Shown in pieces: positions 1-9,933 of a stretch of 64,000 nt of DNA; position 1 is the first letter of the stretch; every line of letters starts with the position of its first letter. A program made the translations under genes and the position numbers. Under the pieces are notes generated by a model. It ran no database searches. It worked only from the letters and a program-made list of their open reading frames with translations, and was not told the origin of the DNA. Source of the stretch: Rhodothermales bacterium (GTDB taxonomy: Bacteria; Bacteroidota; Rhodothermia; Rhodothermales; Bin80); the NCBI GenBank assembly GCA_965209015.1, contig OZ242367.1, forward strand, positions 2,048,865-2,112,864. The letters run 5' to 3'.

Positions 1-3000
1 CGGTCCCTCCAGATAGACCAGTAATTGAGATAGACGTTGTAGTGATGAGTTGGTCAATCCGTACCGGTGGAGTGGTGCTGCCGCTCGGACGATAACGGAC
101 ATTATAGCCCAGGACTGTAGCTCCGCCATCATCCTCAGGTGCTTGCCAACTGATGCTGATCTCCGTCGGAGATGTAGCACTGGCCGTGAGTGACCGAGGA
201 ACGGTAGGCTCAACCGCCGGGCCAGTCGTCCCTGTAAGCGTGGCAGCTACTCCCTCCCCCTTTTCATTGGTGGCCTGGATGCTGATATCGTAGGTGGTCG
301 CAGGTAACAGTGAACGAAGGACAACGGTTGTCCCCGTCACCTGTTGCGTCTCATAGGTGCTGGATGTGGTTAGTTTATGACCAACCGTGTATCCCGTAAT
401 CGTACCACCGCCATCACTTTGAGGAGCACTCCATTCCAGAGTGAGGGAAGAGTGCGTCGGGGCAGAGACGGTTGCACCTGTGGGAGCAGAAGCAAGGACA
501 ATCGGATTGGTGGCTACTTCGGAAGAGGTAGCAGGATCCCCTGTACCCGCAAGATTCGTTGCCGTAACCTGAACCTCGTAGATGGTCTCCACTTCCAAGC
601 CCGTAATTGTGTGGATGAACACAGGACCGACAGCGTTCGGCGTGCTCCATGCCGCAGGTGGGTTTTCCACCTTGCGATAACTCACCTCATACCCCGTAAT
701 GGGCGCACCGCCATTCTCCGAAGGAGCACCCCATGAAACATCTAGTTCGGTTTGAGAGACCGCAGAGACCTGCAAATTCTGAGGAACACTCGGGAGTGCC
801 GCATCGGTACGCCCCGAACCGGTTGCAAAATCGCTGGGACCTACTTGATTTACGGCAGCCACTTGGATATCGTACAATACATATGGATCCAAGCTGGACA
901 GTGTGATCGTCTCCGCGGTTCCAGAGTGGGAAGCGTCAATCCAATCCCCCGCAGTTTGGCCGGCATCTGCTGCACGCCGATATTCTACATTATAACCAGA
1001 AATATCCGCACCGTTCGTCTCCGTCGGAGCAGTCCATGTGACCGTCAAAGAAGAGGAGGTCGTAGCTGTAACCGTAACTTCCGTAGGTGAATCGGGAGCC
1101 GCCACGGGGGTTCCCGATGCCTGAGCCGGCGCGCCATCACCAATAGCATTTCTAGCAAGAACCTCAACATCGTATCCCGTGCCTGCGGTCAGTGAGGAGA
1201 TCGTCGTGGTGGTTACGGCTCCGTCAATTTGAACAGGTGATGTCCAATCTCCTGAGGTGCCACCTCCAGTATCCGAAACGCGGTGGCGTACATCGTAACC
1301 TGTGATTGGAGATCCATTGTCTTCAGGAGCTTCCCATGTAGCAGTGAGAGAGGTAGCAGAGGCAACCGTAATGGTCAAATTAGTGGGAGCTCCAGGAGCT
1401 GCTGCTGGAGTGCCGGATTCCTCGCCCGAGTAGGTTCCTGTTCCTGCCGAGTTGATCGCTGCGACCTGAATAAAGTACTCTGTCCCTGTCGTGAGTTCGG
1501 TAATCGTAGTCTCCGTGCCCGTAACATTCGGAGTCACGGAAGTCCATGCGATGGGAGACACACTCCCGTCACGGTACTGAACCGAATAGCCAGTGATCTC
1601 AGCTCCACCGTTTTCCGTGGGAGCAACCCATGAGACGTCCAGAGAGGTCCCAGAGGCCACCGCTACCATCACGTCAGTAGGTGCCTGGGGAGCCACGACA
1701 GGTGCCTCGGCGGTTGTTCCGCTACTCTCCAACCACGATCCCGTACCTATCTCATTGATGGCAGCAACCCTCACATCATACTGAGTCTCGGGATCTAAAC
1801 CTGAAATCGTGGCGGTAGTGGTCGTAACGGTAGTGGAAGACGAAGGCCAGTCTGTATCCGTAGCCAATTTGTGCTGCACCTCATATCCCGTGATATCCTT
1901 CCCACCGGTTTCCACTGGTGCTTCCCACGTCAGTGTCAACTGATCAGACTCGGTTTCATCTACCACAAGATTTGTCGGAGCATCTGGAGCTGTTGCCGGC
2001 AGAGTCGTTATTCTGGTACTGGCTCTAGTTTTCCACCATCCGCCTTCACCTATGGCGTTTACCGCACGAATCTGAAACCCATAACTCGTTTCTGGGAATA
2101 GCTCCGTGAACGTGTGAGTAAGTTCAGAGGATGGATCTATCGGAATTGGATCTTCTTCAGTGAATGAAAAATCTCTTTCGTGGTTTGATCTCTGGATGTC
2201 ATATCGCGTGATTTCGGATCCTCCGTCATCTTCAAGTGCAGTCCATGATACAGTAAATGAAGATGATGTTATATTTGAAGTTTCTACATCATCATTAGTC
2301 AACTTAGCGGGTGCAGATGCCGATGGAATTCTGTCCGACCATTCGGATTCAATCTCATTATCATGCTCATCATCATCCCTGTAAAATACTTTGGCCTTGA
2401 TTCTCGCTCCCTTGTCTTCGTCCCGTATTTCATAGTATGGCCTAGCGGCGCTCATTCCAATACGAGTGACGGTTCCATCACCTAATGGATGTGGGAATTC
2501 ACGCTCCACTTCTTCCCCGTTTTCGTCTTCTGCGATCCATGTAACTTCAACTTCAAAACCAGCGGGTTGAAAATTGCCTCGAGCGACCTCTATTCCATCG
2601 GGATCCTGAAAGCCGGTGTCATCATCGGTGTAAAAAAAACTGGTTACGAGCCTCCCCCCAGGTTCCAACTCATCATTCAGGTAAGACGACATAGTCAAAC
2701 TGCCGGTAGGGGGATCATTCACTTTTCTTACATTGAATTGGAAGTTTAGGTCGTCTACTCTATCCCCAGCAACATGGGCATTGTAGGTAAATCTACCATA
2801 GTTGGTACCATGCTCGTTCTCAACAGGAGTGAAAATCAGCTTTCCAGCTTCAATATCGGCCTTTTCAATCCTTATATCATCAGACGTAGAGGTTATGGCG
2901 GTTCCGTCGTTCGTTAGGGATCCCCTTCCTGAAACGGCAGTAATCGTAATCGCCTCGAGAATGCCAGCACTATATCCAAAATCACCTGCTCCGAATGTAT

Positions 3001-3310
3001 AGGGAGTATCCTCATCAATGCGCTTCGTCTCGTCGAAATACCGAGGTTGCTTGGTTAATTTCCCTCCCTCTGGAAGAACATCAACTCCTTCCTCGGGATG
3101 AGGGCTAAACTCCGAGGGGATAAAAGGAGCAAAAAAAGGAGCATTGCTTGAGTCGCCATCAATCGGTACTCCAAGCTCGGATCTATCAGTGCCTATTACA
3201 ACATTAGCAAATGACTTAGCTGGAGCTACTAAGAGTATGATTGCAAGAATAAAATGGGGGGGGGGCAAAATTATAACCTGATTGATACATTTGATCAGAG
3301 GATAAGTCAT
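1..3310 (-). CDS. Large secreted surface protein, 3' end cut by the window edge: signal peptide, cadherin-like/VCBS-type domain, then at least 9 tandem fibronectin type III domains
   Basis: Absent from the ORF track because there is no stop in the window. My manual minus-strand translation from the ATG at 3310-3308 stays open to nt 1. N-terminus MTYPLIKCINQVIILPPPHFILAIILLVAPAKSFA. Cadherin-like block DEDTPYTFGAGDFGYS..GKLIFTPVENEHGTNYGRFTYNA..VNDPPTG. Then ~95-aa units such as APDSPTEVTVTATTSSSLTVTWTAPTETNGADISGYNVEYR..YDIQVAAVNQVGPS, a classic FN3 signature. The short plus-strand ORFs at 377-3002 are antisense artefacts. Confidence 0.85.
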   Translation of the reverse strand, partial: MTYPLIKCINQVIILPPPHFILAIILLVAPAKSFANVVIGTDRSELGVPIDGDSSNAPFFAPFIPSEFSPHPEEGVDVLPEGGKLTKQPRYFDETKRIDEDTPYTFGAGDFGYSAGILEAITITAVSGRGSLTNDGTAITSTSDDIRIEKADIEAGKLIFTPVENEHGTNYGRFTYNAHVAGDRVDDLNFQFNVRKVNDPPTGSLTMSSYLNDELEPGGRLVTSFFYTDDDTGFQDPDGIEVARGNFQPAGFEVEVTWIAEDENGEEVEREFPHPLGDGTVTRIGMSAARPYYEIRDEDKGARIKAKVFYRDDDEHDNEIESEWSDRIPSASAPAKLTNDDVETSNITSSSFTVSWTALEDDGGSEITRYDIQRSNHERDFSFTEEDPIPIDPSSELTHTFTELFPETSYGFQIRAVNAIGEGGWWKTRASTRITTLPATAPDAPTNLVVDETESDQLTLTWEAPVETGGKDITGYEVQHKLATDTDWPSSSTTVTTTTATISGLDPETQYDVRVAAINEIGTGSWLESSGTTAEAPVVAPQAPTDVMVAVASGTSLDVSWVAPTENGGAEITGYSVQYRDGSVSPIAWTSVTPNVTGTETTITELTTGTEYFIQVAAINSAGTGTYSGEESGTPAAAPGAPTNLTITVASATSLTATWEAPEDNGSPITGYDVRHRVSDTGGGTSGDWTSPVQIDGAVTTTTISSLTAGTGYDVEVLARNAIGDGAPAQASGTPVAAPDSPTEVTVTATTSSSLTVTWTAPTETNGADISGYNVEYRRAADAGQTAGDWIDASHSGTAETITLSSLDPYVLYDIQVAAVNQVGPSDFATGSGRTDAALPSVPQNLQVSAVSQTELDVSWGAPSENGGAPITGYEVSYRKVENPPAAWSTPNAVGPVFIHTITGLEVETIYEVQVTATNLAGTGDPATSSEVATNPIVLASAPTGATVSAPTHSSLTLEWSAPQSDGGGTITGYTVGHKLTTSSTYETQQVTGTTVVLRSLLPATTYDISIQATNEKGEGVAATLTGTTGPAVEPTVPRSLTASATSPTEISISWQAPEDDGGATVLGYNVRYRPSGSTTPPVRIDQLITTTSISITGLSGGT
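3256..3265 (-). repeat. Homopolymer G10 (C10 on the coding strand) in codons 16-19 of the FN3 surface protein
   Basis: Direct count: aaaat-gggggggggg-caaaa. On the coding strand this reads TTG CCC CCC CCC CAT. Confidence 0.95.
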
Positions 3311-3637
3311 ATGTCAAAGGATAATAAGATCTTACCTACAAACAAGTGATAGGTAATAAATCAGAAATTTTTCTGACTGAGAAAATACCTTACGGTATCT
3401 GGAAACAATAGCAGCTGTCCATAAAAGATAAGCGACAAACACTCGAGAAGAGGTTGTACGGACAAACGGCCTCGAAATTCTCAAATCTGGAAAGATTATC
3501 AGAAAATTCTCAAAATTTTCACGTTTAGATTCTCCTGCCTCTGCGACAGCCCTAATTCCATAATTTCAAACTGTTATCTTGCCCAGCAGGCCAACAGAGA
3601 GATCAGACATAGACAAAATCGTGGAAATTGCCATCCT

Positions 3638-3673
3638 CATTGAGGCGGAGCAGCGAGCTGCGACGCCTCAATG
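3638..3673. repeat. Perfect 10-bp inverted repeat (CATTGAGGCG / CGCCTCAATG) with a 16-nt loop that contains an inner CAGC/GCTG pair
   Basis: Read directly. It lies in the 850-bp gap between the nhaC stop and the FN3 gene start. No flanking T-run on either strand, so it is not a canonical terminator. Confidence 0.6.
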
Positions 3674-4164
3674 AAATGTGTTCCTCCATAGTTAAACTTT
3701 GGATTTCTGGAACCGTAAAAAGTTTTGTCGTCAGCCGTCATTTGTATTGTCGTTGAACAGTCAAGAACTTCGTGAGATATCTAGCATATCTATTGCAGAA
3801 TAGGAAATTACACTCCACGTATACAACAATATAATACGATCTTAAACTACAAAATATAAATCAATTGCCTTACGGGAAAATCCCGATTTGTTGTGTAAAG
3901 ATACTGGAATGGGCAGGTTTATTTTCGGATGGTGGGCTCGGTGGCTATGGTATTCGTAGAATTAACCGTACCAAATCGTCTGCTTAAGTCAATACGAAAA
4001 TTCTCAATTTCCTATGGAGTAGGGATATATAGGGAATTTCATAATCAGACTTTTCTGCTTAATTCAAGCGTATTGAAGGTTCTGATTTTGTGCCGTGGTT
4101 GTGTAATTTCATAAATGGATAGTTGTACAATATTGACCTCGGTTGTGCCGAGAACTGCTAAGGG

Positions 4165-5646
4165 TTATAACAACTGACTGTCAGAACTCTTTTCTTCATC
4201 AAATTGTCCATCTTTATCTAATGGAACGATAGTAAATCCTGTGAAACCGTAAATGGCACTGATTACCGGATTGGTGTAATTAAAAAAAGCAAAGGGTAAA
4301 TAGTACAAAGTGGAGACCCCCAAGGTGGCAGCCATGAATGCACCACAGGTGTTCCATGGAATCAAAACAGATGTGAGTGTCCCCGAATCTTCTAGCGCAC
4401 GAGAGAGATTTTTGGGATCTAATCCGCGCTTTTGAAATTCCGCACGATACATTCGTCCCGGAATCACAATGGAGATGTACTGGTCTCCTGCTATTACATT
4501 CAGTCCAAATGCTGTGCCAAGTGTAGCTAAAATTAATGCGCCAGAACTGCGTGCCGTACGGAGAATCGTTTTGGTAATGACCCTTAACATTCCCGTTTTC
4601 TCCATCGCTGCACCAAACATCATCGCCGAAATAATGAGCCAAATCGTATCCAACATACTTGACATTCCCCCACGTTTCAAAAGCTCATCTAAGGCTGTAT
4701 TGCCTGTACTAATTGTGAATTCTCCAAACATGGCCATCCAGAACCCCTTGAATAATACCAAAATGTGGGGAAGGTTCGTCTCCCCTACGAATTCCAAAGT
4801 AACCTCTTGCTGAAAAACCATCGCAGTGATCCCTCCCAATAATGCTCCAATGAGAAGTGCCGGAAAGGCTGGCATTTTCTTGTAAATTAATACAAGTACA
4901 ATCACCACCGGAATAAGTAGATGTATACCAAGGTTGTAACTGCTGTCCAGTGCCAGAAGCATATCGGCCAATGAAGAAGAAAGACCCATCTCTGGTTGCT
5001 GAACCAGTCCAATGATTGTGAACAAAATCAGTGCGATTGTGATACTCGGAACAGTGGTCCAGAGCATATGCCGGATATGAACAAATAATTCCGTCCCCGC
5101 CATTGCAGGGGCCAAGTTTGTGGTATCCGATAGTGGAGAAAGCTTGTCTCCAAAATAGGCACCCGAAATGATCGCACCTGCTGCGATCCCTAGATGTAAA
5201 CCAAAAGCCGCAGCGATCCCCACCAACGCAATTCCAATGGTGCTAACGGTAGTCCAAGAACTCCCTGATACAATTGCGACAATTGCACAAATCACACAAC
5301 AAGCAGTGTAAAAAATTTGGGGGTTCAATATTTGAAGACCATAGTACATCATGGTCGGCACAATACCGCCCAGAATCCAAGTCCCAATCAGGGACCCCAC
5401 CACTAGAAGGATGAAAATCGCCCCCATGGATAGGGAAACCCCTTTCACCATAGCTTCCTGCATTTGCTTCCATCTGAGACCAAGCCGGAGTCCAATCAAT
5501 GCTGCCACTACAGCCGAGAGAATCAATGCAATTTGATTCGGCCCATAAGAAGCAGAATCACCAAAGAAATTCACCGAGGCAATAAGCAACACGAGCAGCA
5601 CGGCTACCGGAAACAGAGACTGCCAGATACTGGGCTTAGATACCAT
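4165..5646 (-). CDS. nhaC: Na+/H+ antiporter, NhaC family
   Basis: 493-aa polytopic membrane ORF. The motif SGAYFGDKLSPLSDTTNLAPAMAG is typical of the NhaC family. Confidence 0.85.
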   Translation of the reverse strand: MVSKPSIWQSLFPVAVLLVLLIASVNFFGDSASYGPNQIALILSAVVAALIGLRLGLRWKQMQEAMVKGVSLSMGAIFILLVVGSLIGTWILGGIVPTMMYYGLQILNPQIFYTACCVICAIVAIVSGSSWTTVSTIGIALVGIAAAFGLHLGIAAGAIISGAYFGDKLSPLSDTTNLAPAMAGTELFVHIRHMLWTTVPSITIALILFTIIGLVQQPEMGLSSSLADMLLALDSSYNLGIHLLIPVVIVLVLIYKKMPAFPALLIGALLGGITAMVFQQEVTLEFVGETNLPHILVLFKGFWMAMFGEFTISTGNTALDELLKRGGMSSMLDTIWLIISAMMFGAAMEKTGMLRVITKTILRTARSSGALILATLGTAFGLNVIAGDQYISIVIPGRMYRAEFQKRGLDPKNLSRALEDSGTLTSVLIPWNTCGAFMAATLGVSTLYYLPFAFFNYTNPVISAIYGFTGFTIVPLDKDGQFDEEKSSDSQLL

Positions 5647-5655
5647 AACGATATC

Positions 5656-7380
5656 TTATGTCTCGGAACCAGACTCGTGTTTCTCCACGCGAGTGCGTGC
5701 GATCTTCAGATATTCTTCTGTGCTGAGGCCCGGCTTGAAGGCATTGAAGTAGTCATCCTTCAACTTCTTCGCAACCCCCGAGAGAAGAATCAGTGCCAAA
5801 ACATTCGGAATCGTTACTAAGGCAAGAGCAGTATCCCCGATCCCCCAAATCGTATTCAAACCCGCAACAGCACCAAGAAAATGCATGATCACAAATACGG
5901 TCTTGTATGGAAGAATGGATGTCTTCCCAAAGAGATACATGGAACAGCGGTCACCGTAATAGCTCCATGAGATCGCAGTAGATATTCCAAACAAGAGTAC
6001 ACATAAGATCACAAGATATTTCCCAAAACTCCCCAGTCCCTGTTCAAATGCAAGTGCGGTCATAGGGGCACCATTTTCGACCGCCCCCCCATAGAGAATA
6101 GTGTATTGCCCTCCGTCCGCCGCAATAGCAATATTCTCTCGCGTGTTGATGACGCCGGTAAAGAATATCGTTTGCTCTTCGTTAACAAAAAACTGATCAA
6201 TCGGTACCTCATGCCATGCAAACATGATCTCGTCGCTTTCACTTGGAACGGGAATTCCCTGATCAATAACGATTTCTGTGGGAATTTTCTCAATCTCAAC
6301 AGGCCTGTATCGTCCATTGACCTCCTCAACATAAGACACATCTCCCTCCCCTATGGTAAGAGTCGTATCAACTTTATCCGTCCATACACCAGTGGTGAGC
6401 ACGACCAACGCAGTAATCGTACAAATCACAATCGTATCAATGAATGGCTCCAGTAAGGCAACCGCACCTTCAGAGACCGGCTCTTGGGTCTTGGCAGCAG
6501 AATGCGCAATTGGAGCTGATCCCTGCCCCGCCTCATTTGAAAATAAACCGCGGCGAACGCCCCAGAGAATCGTCTGAATAAGAACGCCAATCCCCGTACC
6601 CGCAACGCCAGCAGTTGGATTGAATGCTTCCGTAAAGATGCTGGCGAATGCTGGAAAAATCCCATTTGAGTTGATCGCAAGAATCACGATTCCACCAGCG
6701 ACATAAAGCAATCCCATTGCCGGGGCCAGAATACTGGTAACACGTCCAATTCTAGAAATACCACCAAGAATCACCACCCCTACGATCGCCGAGGTCACAC
6801 TTCCAGTAATCCATGTAGGGATGGCAAACTCGGCATTTATAAGATCCGAAACCGTATTTGCTTGGATTGCATTGCCGCTCATGAATGATGTGAGAATCAT
6901 TGCACCGGCAACCAGCATCGCAAGGGGCTTAAATGCTTTTCCCAGACCATGCTCTATGTAGTACATCGGACCACCAGAAACCGTACCAAGTAGTTTTGTC
7001 CCAGATTTATCTACTTGACGGTACCTCTGTGCAAGGGTGACTTCGGTAAACTTGGTACACATGCCCAAGAGGGCCGTGATCCACATCCAGAAGATTGCTC
7101 CAGGACCTCCCCAATGAATGGCAAGGGCAACCCCAGCAATATTCCCAATCCCTACCGTGGCAGATAATGCAGTGGTGAGTGCCTGAAAGTGTGAGACATC
7201 GCCTGCATCCTCTGGATCATCATATTTTCCCGTTGCAACCTTGATGCCATGTCCAAACTGACGAAACTGCACAAACCCCAATCTAAAAGTTAGGAATAAT
7301 CCGGCCCCAAGGAGGATAACGAGTAATGGATAGGCTAACAGGCTATCAATGAACTGCTGAATATCTAATAAAATTCCCAT
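5656..7380 (-). CDS. Alanine/glycine:cation symporter (AGCS family) with an extra ~100-aa insert
   Basis: SHFQALTTALSATVGIGNIAGVALAIHWGGPGAIFWMW and GLFSNEAGQGSAPIAHSAAKT are AGCS hallmarks. The ORF track starts at GTG 7404, but the ATG at 7380 (MGILLDIQQF...) is the likelier start. Confidence 0.85.
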   Translation of the reverse strand: MGILLDIQQFIDSLLAYPLLVILLGAGLFLTFRLGFVQFRQFGHGIKVATGKYDDPEDAGDVSHFQALTTALSATVGIGNIAGVALAIHWGGPGAIFWMWITALLGMCTKFTEVTLAQRYRQVDKSGTKLLGTVSGGPMYYIEHGLGKAFKPLAMLVAGAMILTSFMSGNAIQANTVSDLINAEFAIPTWITGSVTSAIVGVVILGGISRIGRVTSILAPAMGLLYVAGGIVILAINSNGIFPAFASIFTEAFNPTAGVAGTGIGVLIQTILWGVRRGLFSNEAGQGSAPIAHSAAKTQEPVSEGAVALLEPFIDTIVICTITALVVLTTGVWTDKVDTTLTIGEGDVSYVEEVNGRYRPVEIEKIPTEIVIDQGIPVPSESDEIMFAWHEVPIDQFFVNEEQTIFFTGVINTRENIAIAADGGQYTILYGGAVENGAPMTALAFEQGLGSFGKYLVILCVLLFGISTAISWSYYGDRCSMYLFGKTSILPYKTVFVIMHFLGAVAGLNTIWGIGDTALALVTIPNVLALILLSGVAKKLKDDYFNAFKPGLSTEEYLKIARTRVEKHESGSET

Positions 7381-7403
7381 GTGAATATTGGTGTGTCGAT
7401 ACA

Positions 7404-8429
7404 CTAAATATAGTTATCCGTACCTTTTCTCTGCTCTGCAATAGAAGCAGCAAGGAGTACGGCTTGGATCATGCTCCCAGCATCTGCCTGATTTTTCCCT
7501 GCAATGTCAAATGCTGTACCGTGATCAGGGGAGGTACGTACGATTGGTAAGCCCGCAGTAAAATTTACACCACTACCAAATGAAAGTGTCTTGAACGGGA
7601 TTAATCCCTGGTCATGGTACATAGCCAGGACTCCGTCGTACCCACAATATTGTCGATTTCCAAAAAACCCGTCAGCGGGGAATGGCCCTAATGCAAGAAT
7701 CCCGCGGTTCCCTGCTTCCTTGATGGCCTTGATTATCACATCTTTCTCTTCATCACCGAGAACTCCACTCTCACCAGCATGAGGGTTCAAGCCGAGGACT
7801 GCAATCTTAGGGCGAACAATCCCAAAATCCCGCATTAGCGATGCACGCACACGTTTAAGTTTGGCAATCAGTCCATTGGTGGTTAGTCGTCCAGCCACTT
7901 GATTCAATGCGATATGTCCGGTCGCTAAGCTAATTCGCAATTCATTGGATACCATCATCATGACCTTCTCCTTGACTCCTGTCTTCTTTGCCAGATACTC
8001 AGTATGACCAGGAAAATTATAACCTGCGAGAACAATTGCAAGCTTAGAGATTGGAGCTGTAACCAGTGCACTCACTTCACCTTGCCGTGCCAGACGGATT
8101 CCCTCGTCCACAGAATCCATGGCCATACAGCCAGCGCGTGGAGTCACTTCTCCCATCTCAACTGCCACATCTTGATCTTTGGCAGTATCAACGATACGAA
8201 CCCCGCGTTGAGGAAGTGGCTCATCTAAGCTATATGTATGATTCGGAAGACGCCTCCCCAACGCTTTTGCATGAAGTTCAAGAACCTCCGCCGAACCTAT
8301 GATCACCGGCTCTATACGCTTCATCAAAAGGGGATCATCCAAACACTTCAAGACCACTTCGGGGCCAATCCCGTTCGGATCCCCCAATGTAATGGCAATC
8401 CTCGTGCGTTCTTTGGAGTCCTTGGTCAC
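7404..8429 (-). CDS. pdxA: 4-hydroxythreonine-4-phosphate dehydrogenase
   Basis: Motifs GDPNGIGPEV, PGHTEYLA, LNPHAGE, SPDHGTAFDIAGK. Confidence 0.9.
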   Translation of the reverse strand: MTKDSKERTRIAITLGDPNGIGPEVVLKCLDDPLLMKRIEPVIIGSAEVLELHAKALGRRLPNHTYSLDEPLPQRGVRIVDTAKDQDVAVEMGEVTPRAGCMAMDSVDEGIRLARQGEVSALVTAPISKLAIVLAGYNFPGHTEYLAKKTGVKEKVMMMVSNELRISLATGHIALNQVAGRLTTNGLIAKLKRVRASLMRDFGIVRPKIAVLGLNPHAGESGVLGDEEKDVIIKAIKEAGNRGILALGPFPADGFFGNRQYCGYDGVLAMYHDQGLIPFKTLSFGSGVNFTAGLPIVRTSPDHGTAFDIAGKNQADAGSMIQAVLLAASIAEQRKGTDNYI

Positions 8430-8433
8430 TGGA

Positions 8434-9933
8434 TTAGCGCTTCTTCGGATAAGCGTAATCTCGAATATACTCCGTTAGAAGTCGAACACCAAATCCAGTG
8501 CCTCCAGCTGGCCTGTACGGTAGGGATTTTTGCAAAAATGACGGACCCGCCATATCTATATGAATCCACGGGTAGTCTACAAAGTTTTCAAGAAATTTCG
8601 CAGCAGTAATACTCCCAGCTTCACGGTTGCCAATATTTTTGATATCTGCAACATCACTCCTGAGTGCATCGGCATAATGAGCATGCATGGGCATGGGATG
8701 GATGAGATCGCCAGTACGTTCCGCAACCTTGATGAATGCATCCAACCGATCAGTAGAGTCCACATCGTTCTGGGTCATTACTGCAGCAACTTGGCTACCG
8801 AGTGCCACGACTTGTGCACCGGTCAGGGTAGCAAGGTCAATTACGATTTCCGGACGATACAGCTTAGCATAGGATAATGCGTCTGCGAGAATCAGTCGCC
8901 CCTCTGCATCGGTATTCAAGACTTCCACGGTCATTCCCGAATGCATCTTTAGCACATCACCAGGCACATAAGCATTTTGTCCTGGCCGGTTATCCGTTGC
9001 AGGAATAAGCCCAATCACATATAGTGGGACATCCAATCGGGCAATTGCTTCCATGGCGCCAATCACTGCTGCCGCGCCTGCCATGTCGGCTTTCATGTGG
9101 TCCATGGAACCTTTAGTGGGCTTAAGGGAGAGTCCACCAGTGTCATAGACGATCCCTTTCCCGACAAGAACCACTGGCTGAGAGTTCCCGGCTTTGCTGG
9201 GTTTCCAAGTCATTTCAATTAAAACGGGAGGTTCCATGCTACCGCGATTGACTCCCAAAAGACCTCCCATTTTCTCCTTTTCGATATCTGCCTTATCCCA
9301 GATAGATACCTCATACCCATGTTTTCGGCCAAGACGTTCGACGATCTTGCCAAGCATCATCGGGGTTTTGTCATGTGGCGATAGATTGACTAAGTCACGT
9401 GCAGTCATGGTGGCCTCAGCTTCGACGCGACCTCGCTCGGCTCCCCGGCGAGCAGATTTTTCATCACGAGCTGCATGTAAGACTAATCGCTCCGTAGCAG
9501 TTTTTTGCTCGTCAGGCTGTGTCTTGTAACGGTCAAATTCATAGGCTGCAAGCATAAATCCTTCCACCAGAGATTGTCCTGCTGCTTCGGAGTCTATCTC
9601 TGAATCAGGCACACAAAGCCCAACTGTCGTTGCTTTGGTGTTCATGGCTAATCGTGTACCCGCCGCAGCTGCTTTGCGAAGCCCATCACGATTTATATTC
9701 TCAGCATCTCCAAGTCCAATGACTGCAACTCTGTGAGCCCGTCCCTCTGAGGGATAGCATAACAGCGTCTCTTCCGGTCGGCCCTCAAAATCAATTAATG
9801 CGGTTGAGAGCGTCTGCCCTATTGGTCCGCCAATCTGTGCCGCGCGCGCTCTGGCAAGAGATCGAGCTACTGGAATGATAAGTAAATCAACGTCCAAATC
9901 TTGGAGACTAAGAGTGGTAACGGAAACTTTCAT
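8434..9933 (-). CDS. pepA: Leucyl aminopeptidase (M17)
   Basis: VGKGIVYDTGGLSLKP and NTDAEGRLILADAL. Confidence 0.9.
   Translation of the reverse strand: MKVSVTTLSLQDLDVDLLIIPVARSLARARAAQIGGPIGQTLSTALIDFEGRPEETLLCYPSEGRAHRVAVIGLGDAENINRDGLRKAAAAGTRLAMNTKATTVGLCVPDSEIDSEAAGQSLVEGFMLAAYEFDRYKTQPDEQKTATERLVLHAARDEKSARRGAERGRVEAEATMTARDLVNLSPHDKTPMMLGKIVERLGRKHGYEVSIWDKADIEKEKMGGLLGVNRGSMEPPVLIEMTWKPSKAGNSQPVVLVGKGIVYDTGGLSLKPTKGSMDHMKADMAGAAAVIGAMEAIARLDVPLYVIGLIPATDNRPGQNAYVPGDVLKMHSGMTVEVLNTDAEGRLILADALSYAKLYRPEIVIDLATLTGAQVVALGSQVAAVMTQNDVDSTDRLDAFIKVAERTGDLIHPMPMHAHYADALRSDVADIKNIGNREAGSITAAKFLENFVDYPWIHIDMAGPSFLQKSLPYRPAGGTGFGVRLLTEYIRDYAYPKKR

Noticed and set aside
377-3002. A series of plus-strand ORFs of 60-120 aa listed in the ORF track.
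   Set aside because: All lie antisense to the long open minus-strand FN3 reading frame and have Arg/Cys/Ser-rich nonsense composition.
3695-3731. A shared motif (core TCTGGAACCGTAAA, then TTGTCGT a few nt later) at 3706-3719 and 48369-48382. Each copy lies ~350-400 bp upstream of a large surface-protein gene. I considered a common regulatory element or a sigma-54-like TGG..N..TTG box.
   Set aside because: An exact 14-mer shared between two sites is expected several times by chance in 64 kb (about N^2/2 divided by 4^14). The extended similarity needs a 2-nt indel. The spacing does not fit the sigma-54 -24/-12 geometry, and the motif is on the strand opposite to both genes. It would be worth a genome-wide motif count but is not supportable from this window.
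4137-4151. A short hairpin (CTCGG-ttgtg-CCGAG) just downstream of the nhaC stop, considered as the operon terminator.
   Set aside because: The stem is only 5 bp and there is no clear U-tract on the minus strand, so it is too weak to call.
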